Positions 63,480-64,000 of a stretch of DNA of 64,000 nucleotides are shown here, in pieces. The position numbers were made by a program, and so were the translations under genes. Numbering within the stretch: position 1 is the stretch's first letter; every line of letters begins with the position of its first letter. Source of the stretch: Octopus sinensis (taxonomy: Eukaryota); NCBI RefSeq assembly GCF_006345805.1, contig NC_043004.1, forward strand, positions 35,898,001-35,962,000. The letters are read 5' to 3'. The notes under the pieces are model-generated. The model ran no database searches, was not told the origin of the DNA, and saw nothing but the letters and a program-made list of their open reading frames with translations.

Positions 63480-63960
63480 AAACCTGTAGCCTCCCGTACC
63501 TGGGAAATGGTGATGACATTGGTAGCAGGACCAACAAGGTGGAGGAGTTCTAGACTAACAATTTGAAGGTTACTATGGCTAAGTGGAGGATCTGGTCCAT
63601 CAGGCAACAGTTGGGCATCAACTAGTGAGTTGTTACTACGAAGCAACCCCATCACTGACTATGCTCATTTCACTCTTGTACACCAATTGGTACTTGGTAT
63701 GGAGGCCCAGAGAGGTAGCTTAGAGGGAGTGCAATGTCAAATGTCTTATTGACCATCCACAGTAATTTTGTTCTGAACAGAAAAGTCAACATCGACGTAC
63801 AGTAGACAATCGACAATGTTTAAAGAATGGAAGACAAGGATGGGTCAGCCAGCCAGCCAGCTTGTGGTATGGAAGCCAATACATGACCATCAGAGGAAAG
63901 GCAATCCTATCTCAGTATACATGAAAGGCAATTCAATGCCTACATGCATGAGCGTTCTTG
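63480..63960 (+). mobile_element. Possible L1/Tx1-like LINE remnant
   Basis: Higher-GC segment. 'PYLG...MAKWRIWSIRQQLG' and 'LWYG' loosely follow L1/Tx1 post-RT motifs; many stops. Confidence 0.3.
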
Positions 63961-64000
63961 ATGATATAGAAGTGGAAATTTCTGATGAATTAACAAAATG

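Overview
AT-rich, microsatellite-dense eukaryotic DNA with no confidently identifiable host protein-coding gene. The SINE and LINE families look like those I recall from octopus (coleoid cephalopod) genomes; this is inference from memory, not a search. The window is a mosaic of retroelement debris: RTE-clade LINE fragments, R4/Dong-like and Hero-like RLE LINE fragments, three tRNA-derived SINE families, and Penelope-like elements (PLEs) with GIY-YIG domains and inverted arms. It also holds two hAT transposase relics and one non-autonomous Helitron. Most ORFs in the supplied track are microsatellite translations. The most interesting signals: (i) several minimal hammerhead-ribozyme motifs in PLE ends clustered at (AT)n tracts, one a CCGAAGA variant whose loop II is complementary to its own catalytic core; (ii) tandem arrays of a ~60-67 nt hairpin + putative H-type pseudoknot module in RTE 3' regions; (iii) a perfect 188-bp palindrome centred on (AT)n beside two converging ribozyme-bearing PLE ends; (iv) a chain of R4/Dong 3' ends in (TAA)n; (v) a ~330-350 bp fold-back with a pre-miRNA-like inner stem. 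All coordinates and alignments were read by eye, and element edges are approximate.
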